Source: Lysobacter sp. (GTDB lineage Bacteria > Pseudomonadota > Gammaproteobacteria > Xanthomonadales > Xanthomonadaceae). From it: a stretch of DNA of 64,000 bases. The position numbers and the translations under genes are program-made. The notes below the pieces were generated by a model. That model saw nothing but the letters and a program-made list of their open reading frames with translations, was not told the origin of the DNA and did no database searches. Positions 50,858 through 61,344 of this stretch are shown in pieces. Position 1 is the first letter of the stretch. Each line of letters begins with the position of its first letter. The stretch is from contig DAHUXS010000018.1 of assembly GCA_027306995.1 (NCBI GenBank), positions 73,426 through 137,425 of the forward strand. Reading direction: 5' to 3'.

Positions 50858-51821
50858 TCGAGGGGTTATTCGTATTGATTGTTGATGCAACGATAGTTTG
50901 CTGGCGCCCATTGACATGCAGCAATACTCGCCCGAGATATTCGCCGATGATCCCGATCGAAAGTAACTGAATTCCCCCTAGTATCATTGTGGAAACCATC
51001 AGTGACGACCAACCTACGGGCATGGCGTTTATCGTGAATCTTTGGATGATAAAGGCGATTGCTGCCAGAAAACCCAACCCAGAAAATGCAAGGCCGATTA
51101 GAGAGGCTATTCTAAGTGGGGCGACAGAAAAGCCCGTCGCCATTTTCAACCACAGGGAGATTGATTTTCGAAGACCGTAGCCAGATCGACCATCAGCGCG
51201 CTCATGATGATCAATTTTGACCGTCGCGATCTTGTTTGTTGTATTCAAGATCAGGCCGTCTAGGTAGACGTTCGGTCCCTCGAAGTGAATCAATTCATCT
51301 CTGACCCCCTTACAAATAGCTTTGAAAGGCGATAGATAAAGCCCCTTCGGCTTGCCGAGTAGTATCCCCGCAATTAAGTCGTTGAACTTGCTACCTATGC
51401 GTTTCCATAGCGCGTGCTGCTTGGAATGGAACTCTCCGTAGCTCACATCGTAGCCCTTCGACAGGGGCGCTAACAAAGCAGCGATGTCATCAGGGGAGTG
51501 TTGTAGATCATCATCCATCATGACGATCCTTTGCCCGGAACAGTATCTGAGACCGCACAGGATTGCATTGTGTTGCCCTGCGTTTTTTCTCAAATCGATG
51601 GCTTTCAACCAGGAATAGGATTTTGCAAGCTCTGCGAGCACTGCCCATGAGTTGTCGGGACTGCAGTCGTTGACCATGACGACTTCAAATTGGCCGTCAT
51701 GTAGTTTGGACAGTACGGCTTCAAGTCGTTTGACAAGCGCAGGAAGTATCGTTTGACTGCGATAAACAGGAATGACTACTGAAATTTCAGGCTTCACCGT
51801 ATTGCCCGTAGTATCTGTCAA
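50835..51821 (-). CDS. GT2 polyprenyl-phosphate glycosyltransferase (GtrB/ArnC/DPM1-like)
   Basis: ..ISVVIPVYRS.., ..VVMVNDCSPDNS.., ..IVMMDDDLQHSPDDI.., plus two C-terminal TM helices. The start is uncertain (TTG at 51821 or GTG at 51797). Confidence 0.88.
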   Translation of the reverse strand: MTDTTGNTVKPEISVVIPVYRSQTILPALVKRLEAVLSKLHDGQFEVVMVNDCSPDNSWAVLAELAKSYSWLKAIDLRKNAGQHNAILCGLRYCSGQRIVMMDDDLQHSPDDIAALLAPLSKGYDVSYGEFHSKQHALWKRIGSKFNDLIAGILLGKPKGLYLSPFKAICKGVRDELIHFEGPNVYLDGLILNTTNKIATVKIDHHERADGRSGYGLRKSISLWLKMATGFSVAPLRIASLIGLAFSGLGFLAAIAFIIQRFTINAMPVGWSSLMVSTMILGGIQLLSIGIIGEYLGRVLLHVNGRQQTIVASTINTNNPSNDSKTSI

Positions 51822-52485
51822 GGATACGTAGAGTGTAACCTTGGGTCAGGTCGATATTATTTCGGCCTGCCAATTTCAGCATGATCGAAGGGTCTGGAAT
51901 TGTCCCGCCGCCTCTATCCAACAATTCGTATTGAGCAGGCAAATTCAGGATTTGTTCCATCATCTTGACTAGCTCCAGCATTGATACCGTTTCCGGGGGG
52001 GCGACTTCATATAGGTATTGTTGTTGTTGGCCGGATTGAAGCAAGGCAGAAGCAATAGTTGCGACATCTTCTACATCGACAATGCATCGGAGTGCATTTT
52101 TCCAAACGCTAAATTTCGTGCCGTGAGTGATGTTATTGGCAATAAAGTTTGTCAGGGTATTTGGGTTTGATGTTTTTCCGACAACTTGAGGCAAGCGCAA
52201 GATCAGGGGGTTGGGGTGCGTTGCCACAAATTTTTCCATTTGCAGCTTATGCGTGACGTAAGTGCTTTTTGCTCGATCCGGATCCGAGATGCTGCAGGTG
52301 CTAAAATAAACAAAAGGTCCTTGGCTGGTCTTTAGGTGCGCAGCAAGTAGAGTAGCTTCGCGCTCAAATTCTACTGAACTCGTTTCTTGCGAGTTTGATA
52401 CCCCTGAAGCGAATATCGTCCCCGGACCATCAAAGCGTCTGGCCCTTAGTGCCGTTGCCAACATTCCGCTGCCTACGAAATCCAC
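51787..52485 (-). CDS. extended-SDR (NAD-dependent epimerase/reductase-like) protein, 5' end apparently frameshifted or degraded
   Basis: The YxxxK catalytic motif is present (STYVTHK). The ORF begins VDFVGSGMLATAL, so the first beta-strand and first Gly of the Rossmann motif are missing. An upstream out-of-frame stretch encodes KTLLTGFLSGF. Confidence 0.55.
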   Translation of the reverse strand: MDFVGSGMLATALRARRFDGPGTIFASGVSNSQETSSVEFEREATLLAAHLKTSQGPFVYFSTCSISDPDRAKSTYVTHKLQMEKFVATHPNPLILRLPQVVGKTSNPNTLTNFIANNITHGTKFSVWKNALRCIVDVEDVATIASALLQSGQQQQYLYEVAPPETVSMLELVKMMEQILNLPAQYELLDRGGGTIPDPSIMLKLAGRNNIDLTQGYTLRILDRYYGQYGEA

Positions 52486-52610
52486 TCAAAAATCCCGTCA
52501 ATAGTGTTTTGTGAGCAAACCAACGGTAAAGAGGCCGTGGTTTGGGTGGACGCAATCCGCTTTGGATGAGCCTGCGATGCGTCTGGATACAGCAAGAGCG
52601 CAGCTTGCGA

Positions 52611-53555
52611 TTATGCAAGGTTGGACTCAATCTCGGGTAAAAGAACAAACAAATCTCCCACCAGCCCCACATCCGCGATCTCGAAGATCGGCGCGTCGCC
52701 GTCCTTGTTGATCGCGACAATCGTTCCGGCGTCCTTGATGCCGGTCAGGTGCTGGATGGCGCCTGAGATGCCGATAGCGATGTAAAGTTCCGGTGCGATG
52801 ATCTTGCCAGTCTGGCCAACCTGCAGTTCGTTTGGAACGTAGCCGGCGTCGACCGCGGCACGCGAGGCGCCGACCGCAGCGCCGAGCTTGTCGGCAAGGT
52901 CGTAGACGATCTTGAAGTTTTCGGCGCTGCCGACCCCGCGACCACCAGAGACCACACGTTTGGCGCTCTGCAGGTCGGGGCGGTCGGACTTGCCGGCGGC
53001 CAGTTCGACGAAGCGGGTGTGTGTCGGCAAGGTGGCGCTCACACTCGCCGCTTCGACCGTCGCGCTGCCACCCTTGGCGGCTTCCGGCCACGAGGCGGTG
53101 CGCACGGTGGCGACCACGACGTGGTTGGTCGGCGCTTCGACGGTCACGATGGCGTTGCCGGCATACATCGGGCGCTTGAAGGTATGCGTGCCCTCGACGG
53201 CCATCAGGTCGGAGACTTGACCGACGTCGAGTAGGGCGGCGACGGCGGGCATCACGTCCTTGCCGAAGGTGGTGCTCGGGCCGAACACATGGCTGTAGCC
53301 GCTCTTCGCGACTTCGGCGATCTGTGGCGCCAGCACTTGGGCGATGGCGTGGGCGTTCGTAGCATTGGCTACGGTCAGTACCTTGCTGACGCCGGCGATC
53401 TGCGCGACTTCGGCGGCGACGGCGTCCGGTGCATCGGACAGCACCAGCACGTCGATTGCGTCCGGTTTCAGTGCCTGGGCGGCCGACACGGTCTTGGCGG
53501 TAGCAGTATTGAGCTTGCCGTTCAGGTGTTCAGCAATAACGAGAACCTTGGACAT
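52611..53555 (-). CDS. etfA: electron transfer flavoprotein alpha subunit
   Basis: Start at the ATG at 53555 ([15 protein letters not shown]..). ..[11 protein letters not shown].. and ..[26 protein letters not shown].. are canonical. 314 aa. Confidence 0.95.
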   Translation of the reverse strand: MSKVLVIAEHLNGKLNTATAKTVSAAQALKPDAIDVLVLSDAPDAVAAEVAQIAGVSKVLTVANATNAHAIAQVLAPQIAEVAKSGYSHVFGPSTTFGKDVMPAVAALLDVGQVSDLMAVEGTHTFKRPMYAGNAIVTVEAPTNHVVVATVRTASWPEAAKGGSATVEAASVSATLPTHTRFVELAAGKSDRPDLQSAKRVVSGGRGVGSAENFKIVYDLADKLGAAVGASRAAVDAGYVPNELQVGQTGKIIAPELYIAIGISGAIQHLTGIKDAGTIVAINKDGDAPIFEIADVGLVGDLFVLLPEIESNLA

Positions 53556-54301
53556 TACAGCAACCCCTTCTGCTTGAGTACGGCGATCAATTCGGCCGCA
53601 TCCTTGACCATCACCCCGCGCTGGCGCTGGGCCGGAGGTGCGTACCGGGTGGCCTTTGGCGCGTCGGCAGCGGCAATGGCGAGATCGGCCAGCTGGAGGG
53701 TTTCCAGCGGCTTGCTCTTGGCCTTCATGATGTCCGGCAGCTTGATGAAGCGCGGCTCGTTGAGGCGCAGGTCGGTGGTAACCACGGCCGGGAGGTCGAC
53801 TTCCAGCGTTTCCAGGCCGGCATCGACCTCGCGGGTCACGGTGGCCTTGCCGCCGTCGACCACCAGCTTGCTGGCGAAGGTCGCCTGCGGACGGCCCCAC
53901 AGGGTGGCCAGCATCTGGCCAGTCTGGCTGGAGTCGTCGTCGATCGCCTGCTTGCCCATCAGGACCAGGTCGGGCTGCTCCTTCTCGATCAGCTTGAGGA
54001 AGGCGCGGGGGGCGGCCAGCGGGGGCACAGCCTCGTCGGCGACCACGTGGATGGCGCGGTTGGCGCCCATGGCCAGGCCATTGCGCAGGTGGGGTTGGGC
54101 GTCGGCCGGGGCGATCGTGGCGACCACGACCTCGGTGGCCTTGCCGGCATCGCGCAGGCGCAGGGCCTCTTCCAGCGCGATGTCGTCGAAGGGGTTGGCG
54201 GACAGCTTGACGCCGTCGGTGACGACGCCGCTGCCATCGGGCTTGACCTGCACGCGGACGTTGGCGTCCACCACGCGCTTGTAACCGACCAGGATCTTCA
54301 T
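53555..54301 (-). CDS. etfB: electron transfer flavoprotein beta subunit
   Basis: MKILVGYKRVVDANVRVQVK..NPFDDIALEEALRL.. is canonical. Its stop codon overlaps the etfA ATG by 1 nt. Confidence 0.95.
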   Translation of the reverse strand: MKILVGYKRVVDANVRVQVKPDGSGVVTDGVKLSANPFDDIALEEALRLRDAGKATEVVVATIAPADAQPHLRNGLAMGANRAIHVVADEAVPPLAAPRAFLKLIEKEQPDLVLMGKQAIDDDSSQTGQMLATLWGRPQATFASKLVVDGGKATVTREVDAGLETLEVDLPAVVTTDLRLNEPRFIKLPDIMKAKSKPLETLQLADLAIAAADAPKATRYAPPAQRQRGVMVKDAAELIAVLKQKGLL

Positions 54302-54334
54302 TGAGCAAGGACCTATGGAACGTAGCCCGCCATT

Positions 54335-55126
54335 CTAGACGATCAGGGTCTGACTACCTTGCCAATGCTCGCCCGCCTGCAAGCTCACGGGTCGCATCAC
54401 TGCTGCTGCTTCCACGCAAACAAAGCGCGAGTACTCCTCCGCGCCCAGGTCGGGCATGGCGGCCGCCAGTTCGGGTCCAGGGTTCCACACCACCGTATCG
54501 CTGAAGCCCGATTGCCGAATCGTGATCGGCGCCGGATCGCCTTCCAGCCTCACAGAGGAGGGGCTGTCGCAGTAGATGCGGTCGATTTCGCTGCCAAATG
54601 CAACGAATTCGGTTTCGTCGATGTGGTCATGGCGTTCTCCTCCCGCGCAATCGAGATAACGATATCCCTGCAGTCCCGACAAACGGATGCGCGCGAGATC
54701 GCCGACACCAATGTAGGTGTGCAGCGCGCAGGTGAAGCTGGCATCGCGCGTACCGAGGTTTTTGATCGATAGCGCCGTGCTGAGGGCACGCGCATGGCAT
54801 TTTGCTTCGAGGACGGCTTCGAACTCGTATGGCCAGAGGGCCAGGGTTTCGGTGGAGTTGCGCAGGCGGTACACGAGGTGCGTCGCCGTCGTTTCCAGGC
54901 AGTCCCAGGTGGCAAGTCGTGCGAATCCATGGCGCGGGCCGGGGCCGAAGGTATTGAATTGCGGGAAAATCACCGGGATGCCGCCACGATGCGCTCGACC
55001 GGAGGCGATTGGTGAGTTCGGGCTGGAGTAGAGGCGTTCGACCCCGGCGATCCTCCAGGACAGGACCTGCCCGCCGAAGGGCGTTCCGGTAATCGCAATA
55101 TTGGCTTGATCCTGACTCTGTAACAT
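54335..55126 (-). CDS. D-hexose-6-phosphate mutarotase (aldose 1-epimerase family, YeaD-like)
   Basis: ..RGGIPVIFPQFN..HGFAR.. and ..ALHTYI.. patterns. ATG at 55126 (an alternative TTG is at 55141). Confidence 0.78.
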   Translation of the reverse strand: MLQSQDQANIAITGTPFGGQVLSWRIAGVERLYSSPNSPIASGRAHRGGIPVIFPQFNTFGPGPRHGFARLATWDCLETTATHLVYRLRNSTETLALWPYEFEAVLEAKCHARALSTALSIKNLGTRDASFTCALHTYIGVGDLARIRLSGLQGYRYLDCAGGERHDHIDETEFVAFGSEIDRIYCDSPSSVRLEGDPAPITIRQSGFSDTVVWNPGPELAAAMPDLGAEEYSRFVCVEAAAVMRPVSLQAGEHWQGSQTLIV

Positions 55127-55155
55127 GTCGGAGTTCTTCAAGGAGCAGTTAACGG

Positions 55156-56568
55156 ATGCTACATCCCATCATTCTCAGCGGCGGCAGCGGGTCGCGCCTG
55201 TGGCCGCTTTCCCGGCAGAACCAGCCCAAGCAGTTCTTGGCCCTGCTCGGAGATCACTCGCTGTATCAGGAAACAGTCCTGCGTGCAGGGCGCCTGCCCG
55301 GTGCACAGCCGCCAATCACCGTCTGCAGCGAGGACCATCGCTTTATGGTTGGCGAGCAACTGCAAGCGATCGGACAGGCAAGTGGCGGCATCCTGCTGGA
55401 GCCGATGGCGCGTAATACAGCGCCAGCGATCGCGTTGGCGGCGCTGCATGTGCTGTCCAGCGATCCCGATGGAATCATGCTGGTGATGCCGGCGGACCAC
55501 CTGATCCAGGATGAAGTCTCCTTCCGCAGCGCGGTCGACGCGGCACAGCCCTTGGCTGGCGAAGGCTGGCTGGTCACCTTTGGAATCAAGCCGGATGCCC
55601 CCGAGACTGGATACGGCTACATCAAGGCCGGGCATGCGCTTGGAGCGGATGCTTTTGCGGTCCACAGTTTTGTCGAGAAGCCCAGTCTCGAGGTGGCCGA
55701 GCAATACCTGCAGAGTGGCGATTACGCATGGAATTCCGGCATGTTCGCCTTCCGGGCTGATCGTTATCTCGAAGAGCTGAAGCGTCTCCAGTCAGAGATG
55801 GAGCAGGCAGTGCGCAAGGCGTACGCGGACTCAAAGAACGATCTCGATTTCATTCGCGTCGGTGCCGACGCGTTTGCTAAGGCACCCGACGACTCGATCG
55901 ATTACGCCGTGATGGAAAAAACCGAGCATGCCGCGGTGGTGCCGGTCAGCTGCGGCTGGAGCGACATCGGTTCATGGTCGTCGCTGTGGGCTGTTGCGGA
56001 ACGAGACGGTGACGGCAACCATCATGAAGGCGATGTGGTCACGGTCGATACCCGGGGCTGCCTTGTGCGGGCATCGGACCGCCGAATGATCGCGACCATC
56101 GGCGTCGAGGACCTTGTAATCGTGGATACGGCAGATGCAACGCTGGTGGCGCGCAAGGATCGTGTGCAGGACGTCAAGAAGATCGTCGACCAGCTCAAGG
56201 CGGCCGGTCGCCAGGAGCATCTCTTCCACCGCAAGGTTTACCGGCCTTGGGGCAATTACGACTCGATCGACATGGGAGAACGTTTCCAGGTCAAGCGCAT
56301 CGAAGTCAAGCCGGGCGCCGCGCTGAGCTTGCAAAAACATCACAAGCGCGCCGAGCACTGGATTGTGGTCAAGGGCGTGGCCGAGGTCACTTGCGACGAC
56401 AAGGTGTTCGAGTTGCGCGAGAATGAGAGCACTTATCTGCCGATCGGCAGCGTCCATCGTCTGCGAAATCTCGGCACTGAGCCGGTACAGCTGATCGAGG
56501 TGCAGTCCGGCAGCTATCTCGGAGAAGACGATATCGTGCGTTTTGAGGACGTGTATGGACGCGTCTGA
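55156..56568 (+). CDS. xanB: bifunctional mannose-1-phosphate guanylyltransferase / mannose-6-phosphate isomerase
   Basis: MLHPIILSGGSGSRLWPLSR.. and C-terminal cupin ..RPWGNYDSI..KRIEVKPGAALSLQKHHKRAEHWIVV.. are canonical (ManC/AlgA/XanB). Confidence 0.93.
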   Translation: MLHPIILSGGSGSRLWPLSRQNQPKQFLALLGDHSLYQETVLRAGRLPGAQPPITVCSEDHRFMVGEQLQAIGQASGGILLEPMARNTAPAIALAALHVLSSDPDGIMLVMPADHLIQDEVSFRSAVDAAQPLAGEGWLVTFGIKPDAPETGYGYIKAGHALGADAFAVHSFVEKPSLEVAEQYLQSGDYAWNSGMFAFRADRYLEELKRLQSEMEQAVRKAYADSKNDLDFIRVGADAFAKAPDDSIDYAVMEKTEHAAVVPVSCGWSDIGSWSSLWAVAERDGDGNHHEGDVVTVDTRGCLVRASDRRMIATIGVEDLVIVDTADATLVARKDRVQDVKKIVDQLKAAGRQEHLFHRKVYRPWGNYDSIDMGERFQVKRIEVKPGAALSLQKHHKRAEHWIVVKGVAEVTCDDKVFELRENESTYLPIGSVHRLRNLGTEPVQLIEVQSGSYLGEDDIVRFEDVYGRV

Positions 56569-57925
56569 TCGCGTTGTATCCAGTCCGTTCAAGGCCTACG
56601 ACGTACGTGGCCGTGTTCCCGACGAACTGAACGAGGATGTGGCTTGCAATATCGGCGTGGCGCTGGCGCCACAATTGCAGACCGGTCCTGTCGTGCTCGG
56701 GCGCGACGTCCGCCTGACTAGCCAGTCCCTGCAAGAAGCGCTCGCCGAAGGGTTGGCAAGTGCTGGACGCGAGGTGCTGGACATCGGTCTGTGCGGCACT
56801 GAGGAAGTGTATTTCCAGACGCAGCACCTGAAGGCTGCGGGTGGCGTGATGGTGACCGCCAGCCACAACCCGATGGACTACAACGGGATGAAGTTGGTTC
56901 GCGAACAGTCCCGACCGATTAGCGGCGATTCCGGCCTGAACCAGATTCGTGCTGATGTCGAAGCAATGTCGATGCCCACAGCCGCGGTGCCTACTCGCAT
57001 GCAACCACGTTACGATAAGGCGGCCTATGTCGACCATTTATTGGGTTATGTGGATGCCGCGCGGCTGAAATCGTTGCGCATCGTCACCAACCCGGGTAAT
57101 GGCGCGGCCGGTGTCGTTATCGATGCGCTGGCGCCGCATCTGCCGTTTGAATTCATCCGTATCCAGCATGAGCCGGACGGCAGCTTTCCGAATGGCATCC
57201 CGAATCCGCTGTTGCCCGAGATGCGTCAGGCGACGGTGGACGCAGTGCGAGACCACCGGGCGGACATCGGTATTGCCTGGGATGGTGATTTCGACCGCTG
57301 TTTTTTCTTCGATGCCGATGGCCGCTTCATCGAGGGCTACTACCTCGTTGGTCTCCTGGCCAAGGCAATGCTCGAACGGCATCCCGGCAGCAAGATCATC
57401 CACGACCCGCGCCTGGTCTGGAATACGGTGGAAATTGTCTGCGAGGCCGGTGGCATTCCTGTTATGTCCAAGACCGGACATGCCTTCATCAAGGAGCGCA
57501 TGCGCCAGGAGGACGCAGTATATGGCGGAGAAATGAGCGCGCACCACTACTTCCGTGATTTCGCCTATTGCGATTCAGGGATGATTCCCTGGTTGTTGGT
57601 TGCGTCGTTGATGTCTGCTTCCGGCATGTCGCTTGCGGACATGGTCGATGAGCGGATGAAGCGATTTCCATGCTCCGGGGAAATCAATTTCAAGGTTGCT
57701 GATTCGCATGCCGCGATTGATGCGATCGACCAGCGCTATGCCGGACTGTCTCCGGTGGTCGATCATGTCGATGGCGTATCCGCGGATTTCGGCGAGTGGC
57801 GCTACAACCTGCGAAGGTCGAACACGGAACCGTTGCTGCGACTGAATATCGAAACGCGTGGCAATGCGCAGTTGCTGTCCGAACGTGTTGGCGAAATCGA
57901 AGAAATCATTCGTGGATTCAACTGA
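56555..57925 (+). CDS. xanA: phosphomannomutase/phosphoglucomutase
   Basis: ..[14 protein letters not shown].., active-site ..[13 protein letters not shown].., ..[10 protein letters not shown].., ..[10 protein letters not shown].. Overlaps the xanB 3' end by 14 nt. Confidence 0.93.
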   Translation: MDASDRVVSSPFKAYDVRGRVPDELNEDVACNIGVALAPQLQTGPVVLGRDVRLTSQSLQEALAEGLASAGREVLDIGLCGTEEVYFQTQHLKAAGGVMVTASHNPMDYNGMKLVREQSRPISGDSGLNQIRADVEAMSMPTAAVPTRMQPRYDKAAYVDHLLGYVDAARLKSLRIVTNPGNGAAGVVIDALAPHLPFEFIRIQHEPDGSFPNGIPNPLLPEMRQATVDAVRDHRADIGIAWDGDFDRCFFFDADGRFIEGYYLVGLLAKAMLERHPGSKIIHDPRLVWNTVEIVCEAGGIPVMSKTGHAFIKERMRQEDAVYGGEMSAHHYFRDFAYCDSGMIPWLLVASLMSASGMSLADMVDERMKRFPCSGEINFKVADSHAAIDAIDQRYAGLSPVVDHVDGVSADFGEWRYNLRRSNTEPLLRLNIETRGNAQLLSERVGEIEEIIRGFN

Positions 57926-57935
57926 GACCCATTCG

Positions 57936-58988
57936 ATGACTACTTGGCTTGTCACCGGCGGTGCCGGTTTTATTGGCGGTAATTTCGTGCTCGGAGCCGT
58001 ACGGGATGGCGTGAAGATCGTCAATCTCGACGCTCTGACCTATGCTGGCAATCGCGATACCCTGACGTCGCTGGAGGGCAACTCCAACCATGTCTTCATC
58101 CATGGCGATATCGGTGATCGCGAGCTGGTGTCCATGCTGTTGGCTGAGCATCGCCCGGATGCGGTAGTGAATTTCGCTGCAGAAAGTCACGTCGATCGCT
58201 CGATCGATGGTCCAGCGGCATTCGTCCAGACCAATGTCGTCGGTACGCTCGGCTTGCTGGAGTCGGTGCGCGACTATTGGAAGTCGCTGGAAGGCGCTGT
58301 GCGCGACGATTTCCGCTTCCACCATGTCTCGACCGATGAGGTTTATGGCGCGCTGGGCGAAACCGGCCTGTTTACCGAGGAGACCCCATATGCCCCGAAC
58401 TCGCCCTATTCGGCATCGAAGGCAGCGTCCGATCATCTGGTGCGCGCGTTTCACCACACGTATGGGTTGCCAGTATCGACGACGAATTGTTCGAACAATT
58501 ACGGACCGTACCACTTCCCGGAAAAACTCATTCCACTAGTCATCGCCAAGGCGCTGGCCGGTGAAGCGTTGCCGATCTATGGCGATGGCAAACAGGTGCG
58601 CGACTGGCTGTATGTTGGTGACCACTGTGTCGCGATCCGCAACGTGATTGCCAAAGGCAAAGTCGGTGAAACCTACAATGTCGGCGGCAATGCCGAGAGG
58701 CAGAACATTGAGGTGGTGAAGACGATTTGCGCATTGCTGGACCAGCGCAAGCCGAAGGCCGATGGCTCGAAGTACGAAACGCAGATCACCTACGTACAGG
58801 ATCGTCCGGGCCACGATCGCCGCTATGCCATCGATGCATCGAAGTTGAAGCGCGAACTTGGTTGGGAACCTGCTCACACCTTCGAACAGGGCATCGCCGA
58901 CACGGTCGACTGGTATCTCGCCAACCAGCCGTGGGTGAACCGCGTGCTTGACGGCAGCTATCGCTTGGAACGTATCGGGCAGGGCTGA
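57936..58988 (+). CDS. rfbB: dTDP-glucose 4,6-dehydratase
   Basis: ATG at 57936. [14 protein letters not shown].., ..HVSTDEVYG.., ..[14 protein letters not shown].. Confidence 0.96.
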   Translation: MTTWLVTGGAGFIGGNFVLGAVRDGVKIVNLDALTYAGNRDTLTSLEGNSNHVFIHGDIGDRELVSMLLAEHRPDAVVNFAAESHVDRSIDGPAAFVQTNVVGTLGLLESVRDYWKSLEGAVRDDFRFHHVSTDEVYGALGETGLFTEETPYAPNSPYSASKAASDHLVRAFHHTYGLPVSTTNCSNNYGPYHFPEKLIPLVIAKALAGEALPIYGDGKQVRDWLYVGDHCVAIRNVIAKGKVGETYNVGGNAERQNIEVVKTICALLDQRKPKADGSKYETQITYVQDRPGHDRRYAIDASKLKRELGWEPAHTFEQGIADTVDWYLANQPWVNRVLDGSYRLERIGQG

Positions 58989-58997
58989 GGAGACGAC

Positions 58998-59882
58998 ATG
59001 CAACGCAAGGGCATCATCCTCGCCGGCGGTTCCGGCACGCGCCTGTATCCGATCACGCAGGCGATCAGCAAGCAGCTGTTGCCGGTGTACGACAAGCCGA
59101 TGATCTACTACCCGTTGAGCGTGCTGATGCTGGCGGGCATCCGCGAGGTACTTGTCATCAACACGCCGCACGAACAGGCACTGTTCAAGGTGCTGCTAGG
59201 CGATGGTTCGCAATGGGGCATGAGGCTGGAATATGCCGCGCAGCCGAGTCCGGATGGGCTGGCGCAGGCTTTCACTATTGGTCGTGACTTTCTTGCGGGC
59301 GCACCGAGTTGCCTCGTGTTGGGGGACAACATCTTTCATGGTCCTGGCCTTACCGCGATGCTCAAGCGGGCCGATGCACGCGAGCAAGGAGCAACGGTAT
59401 TCGGTTACTGGGTGAGAGACCCGGAGCGCTATGGCGTCGCCGAGTTCGATGGCGAAGGTAAGGTGATCGGGCTAGAAGAAAAGCCGATGAAGCCGCGTTC
59501 GAATTACGCGGTGACGGGACTGTATTTCTACGATGGGCGTGCGCCGGAATTTGCCGCCACGTTGAAGCCATCTCCGCGCGGTGAATTGGAGATTACCGAT
59601 CTCAACAAGCGCTACCTTGATGAAGAGTCATTGCATTTGGAACGACTAGGCCGCGGTTATGCTTGGCTGGATACGGGGACACACGGTTCTATGCTGGAGG
59701 CAGCTAACTACATCGAGACGATCGAGGCCCGCCAAGGGCTGCGTGTGGCCTGCCCGGAAGAGATCGCCTACAACAATGACTGGATCGATCGCGATCAGTT
59801 GTTTGCGCTGGCCAAGCCATTGGCCAAAAATGGATACGGTCAATATCTGATGGCGCTGCCAGAACGGGGCTACGTGCCATGA
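58998..59882 (+). CDS. rfbA: glucose-1-phosphate thymidylyltransferase
   Basis: ..[35 protein letters not shown].. is canonical. Confidence 0.96.
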   Translation: MQRKGIILAGGSGTRLYPITQAISKQLLPVYDKPMIYYPLSVLMLAGIREVLVINTPHEQALFKVLLGDGSQWGMRLEYAAQPSPDGLAQAFTIGRDFLAGAPSCLVLGDNIFHGPGLTAMLKRADAREQGATVFGYWVRDPERYGVAEFDGEGKVIGLEEKPMKPRSNYAVTGLYFYDGRAPEFAATLKPSPRGELEITDLNKRYLDEESLHLERLGRGYAWLDTGTHGSMLEAANYIETIEARQGLRVACPEEIAYNNDWIDRDQLFALAKPLAKNGYGQYLMALPERGYVP

Positions 59883-60436
59883 AGGTGATTGAAACCGATC
59901 TGCCGGATTGCCTGGTATTCGAGCCGCGCGTGTTCGGTGACGATCGTGGGTACTTCTACGAATCGTTCAATGCCGACAAGCTCGCGCCGCTGGGGCTCGA
60001 CCTGCAGTGGAGGCAGGGCAATGTGTCGTCGTCGGCGAAAAATGTATTGCGTGGTCTTCATTATCAGTGGCCAAAGCCGCAAGGAAAACTGGTGTCCGTA
60101 GTCGAAGGCGAGGTGTGGGATGTTGCAGTGGACATCCGACGTGGTTCGCGGACATTCGGTAAATGGGTTGCCGCCATGTTGAGCGCAGACAATAAGCGCC
60201 ACATATGGATCCCACCGGGATTCGCTCATGGCTTCGCGGTGTTGAGCGAACGAGCAGTGTTTTCCTATCTTTGCACCGAAACCTACGATGCAGCTGCAGA
60301 TGCCAATATCCGCTGGGATGATCCCGAACTGGCGATTGACTGGCCGATCAGTGATCCATCGCTGTCGCCCAAGGACGCCGCTGCGCCATTGTTGAAGAAC
60401 GTCGCTGCTGACCGCCTGCCGATGTATCAGGCCTGA
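59879..60436 (+). CDS. rfbC: dTDP-4-dehydrorhamnose 3,5-epimerase
   Basis: ..[13 protein letters not shown].., ..LRGLHYQ.., ..[19 protein letters not shown].. Confidence 0.95.
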   Translation: MKVIETDLPDCLVFEPRVFGDDRGYFYESFNADKLAPLGLDLQWRQGNVSSSAKNVLRGLHYQWPKPQGKLVSVVEGEVWDVAVDIRRGSRTFGKWVAAMLSADNKRHIWIPPGFAHGFAVLSERAVFSYLCTETYDAAADANIRWDDPELAIDWPISDPSLSPKDAAAPLLKNVAADRLPMYQA

Positions 60437-60441
60437 GCGCA

Positions 60442-61344
60442 ATGCGCATTCTGTTAGCTGGCGGTAATGGACAGGTCGGGCATGAGCTGCGTCGCAGTCT
60501 CGCGCCCTTAGGTGAGGTCGTCATCACCACGCGCAATGGCGAGCTGGGGGGCGGATCGGTACTTGCCTGCGATCTGATGCAGCCGGGAGCGTTGGCTGCG
60601 ATCCTTCGCGAAACGCAACCGGACATTGTCGTCAATGCGGCAGCCTATACCGCAGTCGACAAGGCCGAAAGCGATCGTGATGCGGCATTCCGCGTTAATG
60701 CCGGCGCCGTGGAAGAATTGGCAAGGGAATGCGCTTCCCGCGGTATTACACTGATCCATTATTCGACCGACTATGTGTTCGACGGGCAGGGCAAGCATCC
60801 ATATCTGCCGGGCGATGCGACATCGCCGCTTGGCGTCTACGGCGAAAGCAAGCTGGCTGGCGAAGACGCAATCCGCGCATCTGGCACGAAACACCTGATC
60901 TTGCGCACGGCCTGGGTATACGGCCTGCACGGCCACAACTTTCTTAAGACCATACTGCGTGTTGGCGGCGAACGTGACGAGTTACGCGTAGTGTCCGACC
61001 AGATCGGTTCGCCGACGCCGGCGTGGTTGATCGCTGATGTCACTGCGCAAATCCTGCGGCAGGGCGTTGGCGTAGGGGGGGTTCAGCATCTCGTCGCTGC
61101 AGGCCAGACCAGCTGGCATGGATTCGCCAAGGCTATCTTTGACGAAGCGGTTGCCATTGGAAGGCTGGAACGCAAGCCGATTACCCATGCTATCCCGAGC
61201 AGTGAATACCGGACGCCTGCGCGACGTCCGTCGTGGTCGGTGCTGGATTCGTCCAGTTTGGAAAAGAGTTATGGAATCAAGCTGCCTGACTGGAGATTAG
61301 CCTTGGCGCAGACATTTCGGATGTTGGGTCAACATGATGAGTGA
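60442..61344 (+). CDS. rfbD: dTDP-4-dehydrorhamnose reductase
   Basis: MRILLAGGNGQVG.., ..VVNAAAYTAVDKAE.., ..HYSTDYVFDG.., ..YGESKLAGE.. Confidence 0.93.
   Translation: MRILLAGGNGQVGHELRRSLAPLGEVVITTRNGELGGGSVLACDLMQPGALAAILRETQPDIVVNAAAYTAVDKAESDRDAAFRVNAGAVEELARECASRGITLIHYSTDYVFDGQGKHPYLPGDATSPLGVYGESKLAGEDAIRASGTKHLILRTAWVYGLHGHNFLKTILRVGGERDELRVVSDQIGSPTPAWLIADVTAQILRQGVGVGGVQHLVAAGQTSWHGFAKAIFDEAVAIGRLERKPITHAIPSSEYRTPARRPSWSVLDSSSLEKSYGIKLPDWRLALAQTFRMLGQHDE

Noticed and set aside
52511-52711. Small ORFs in the gap between the SDR-like gene and etfA: 52511..52711(+) and 52430..52720(-).
   Set aside because: The plus-strand ORF overlaps the etfA 3' end and has no motifs. The minus-strand ORF is interesting only for the KTLLTGFLSGF segment, which I interpret as the displaced N-terminus of the SDR-like gene and report as a finding.
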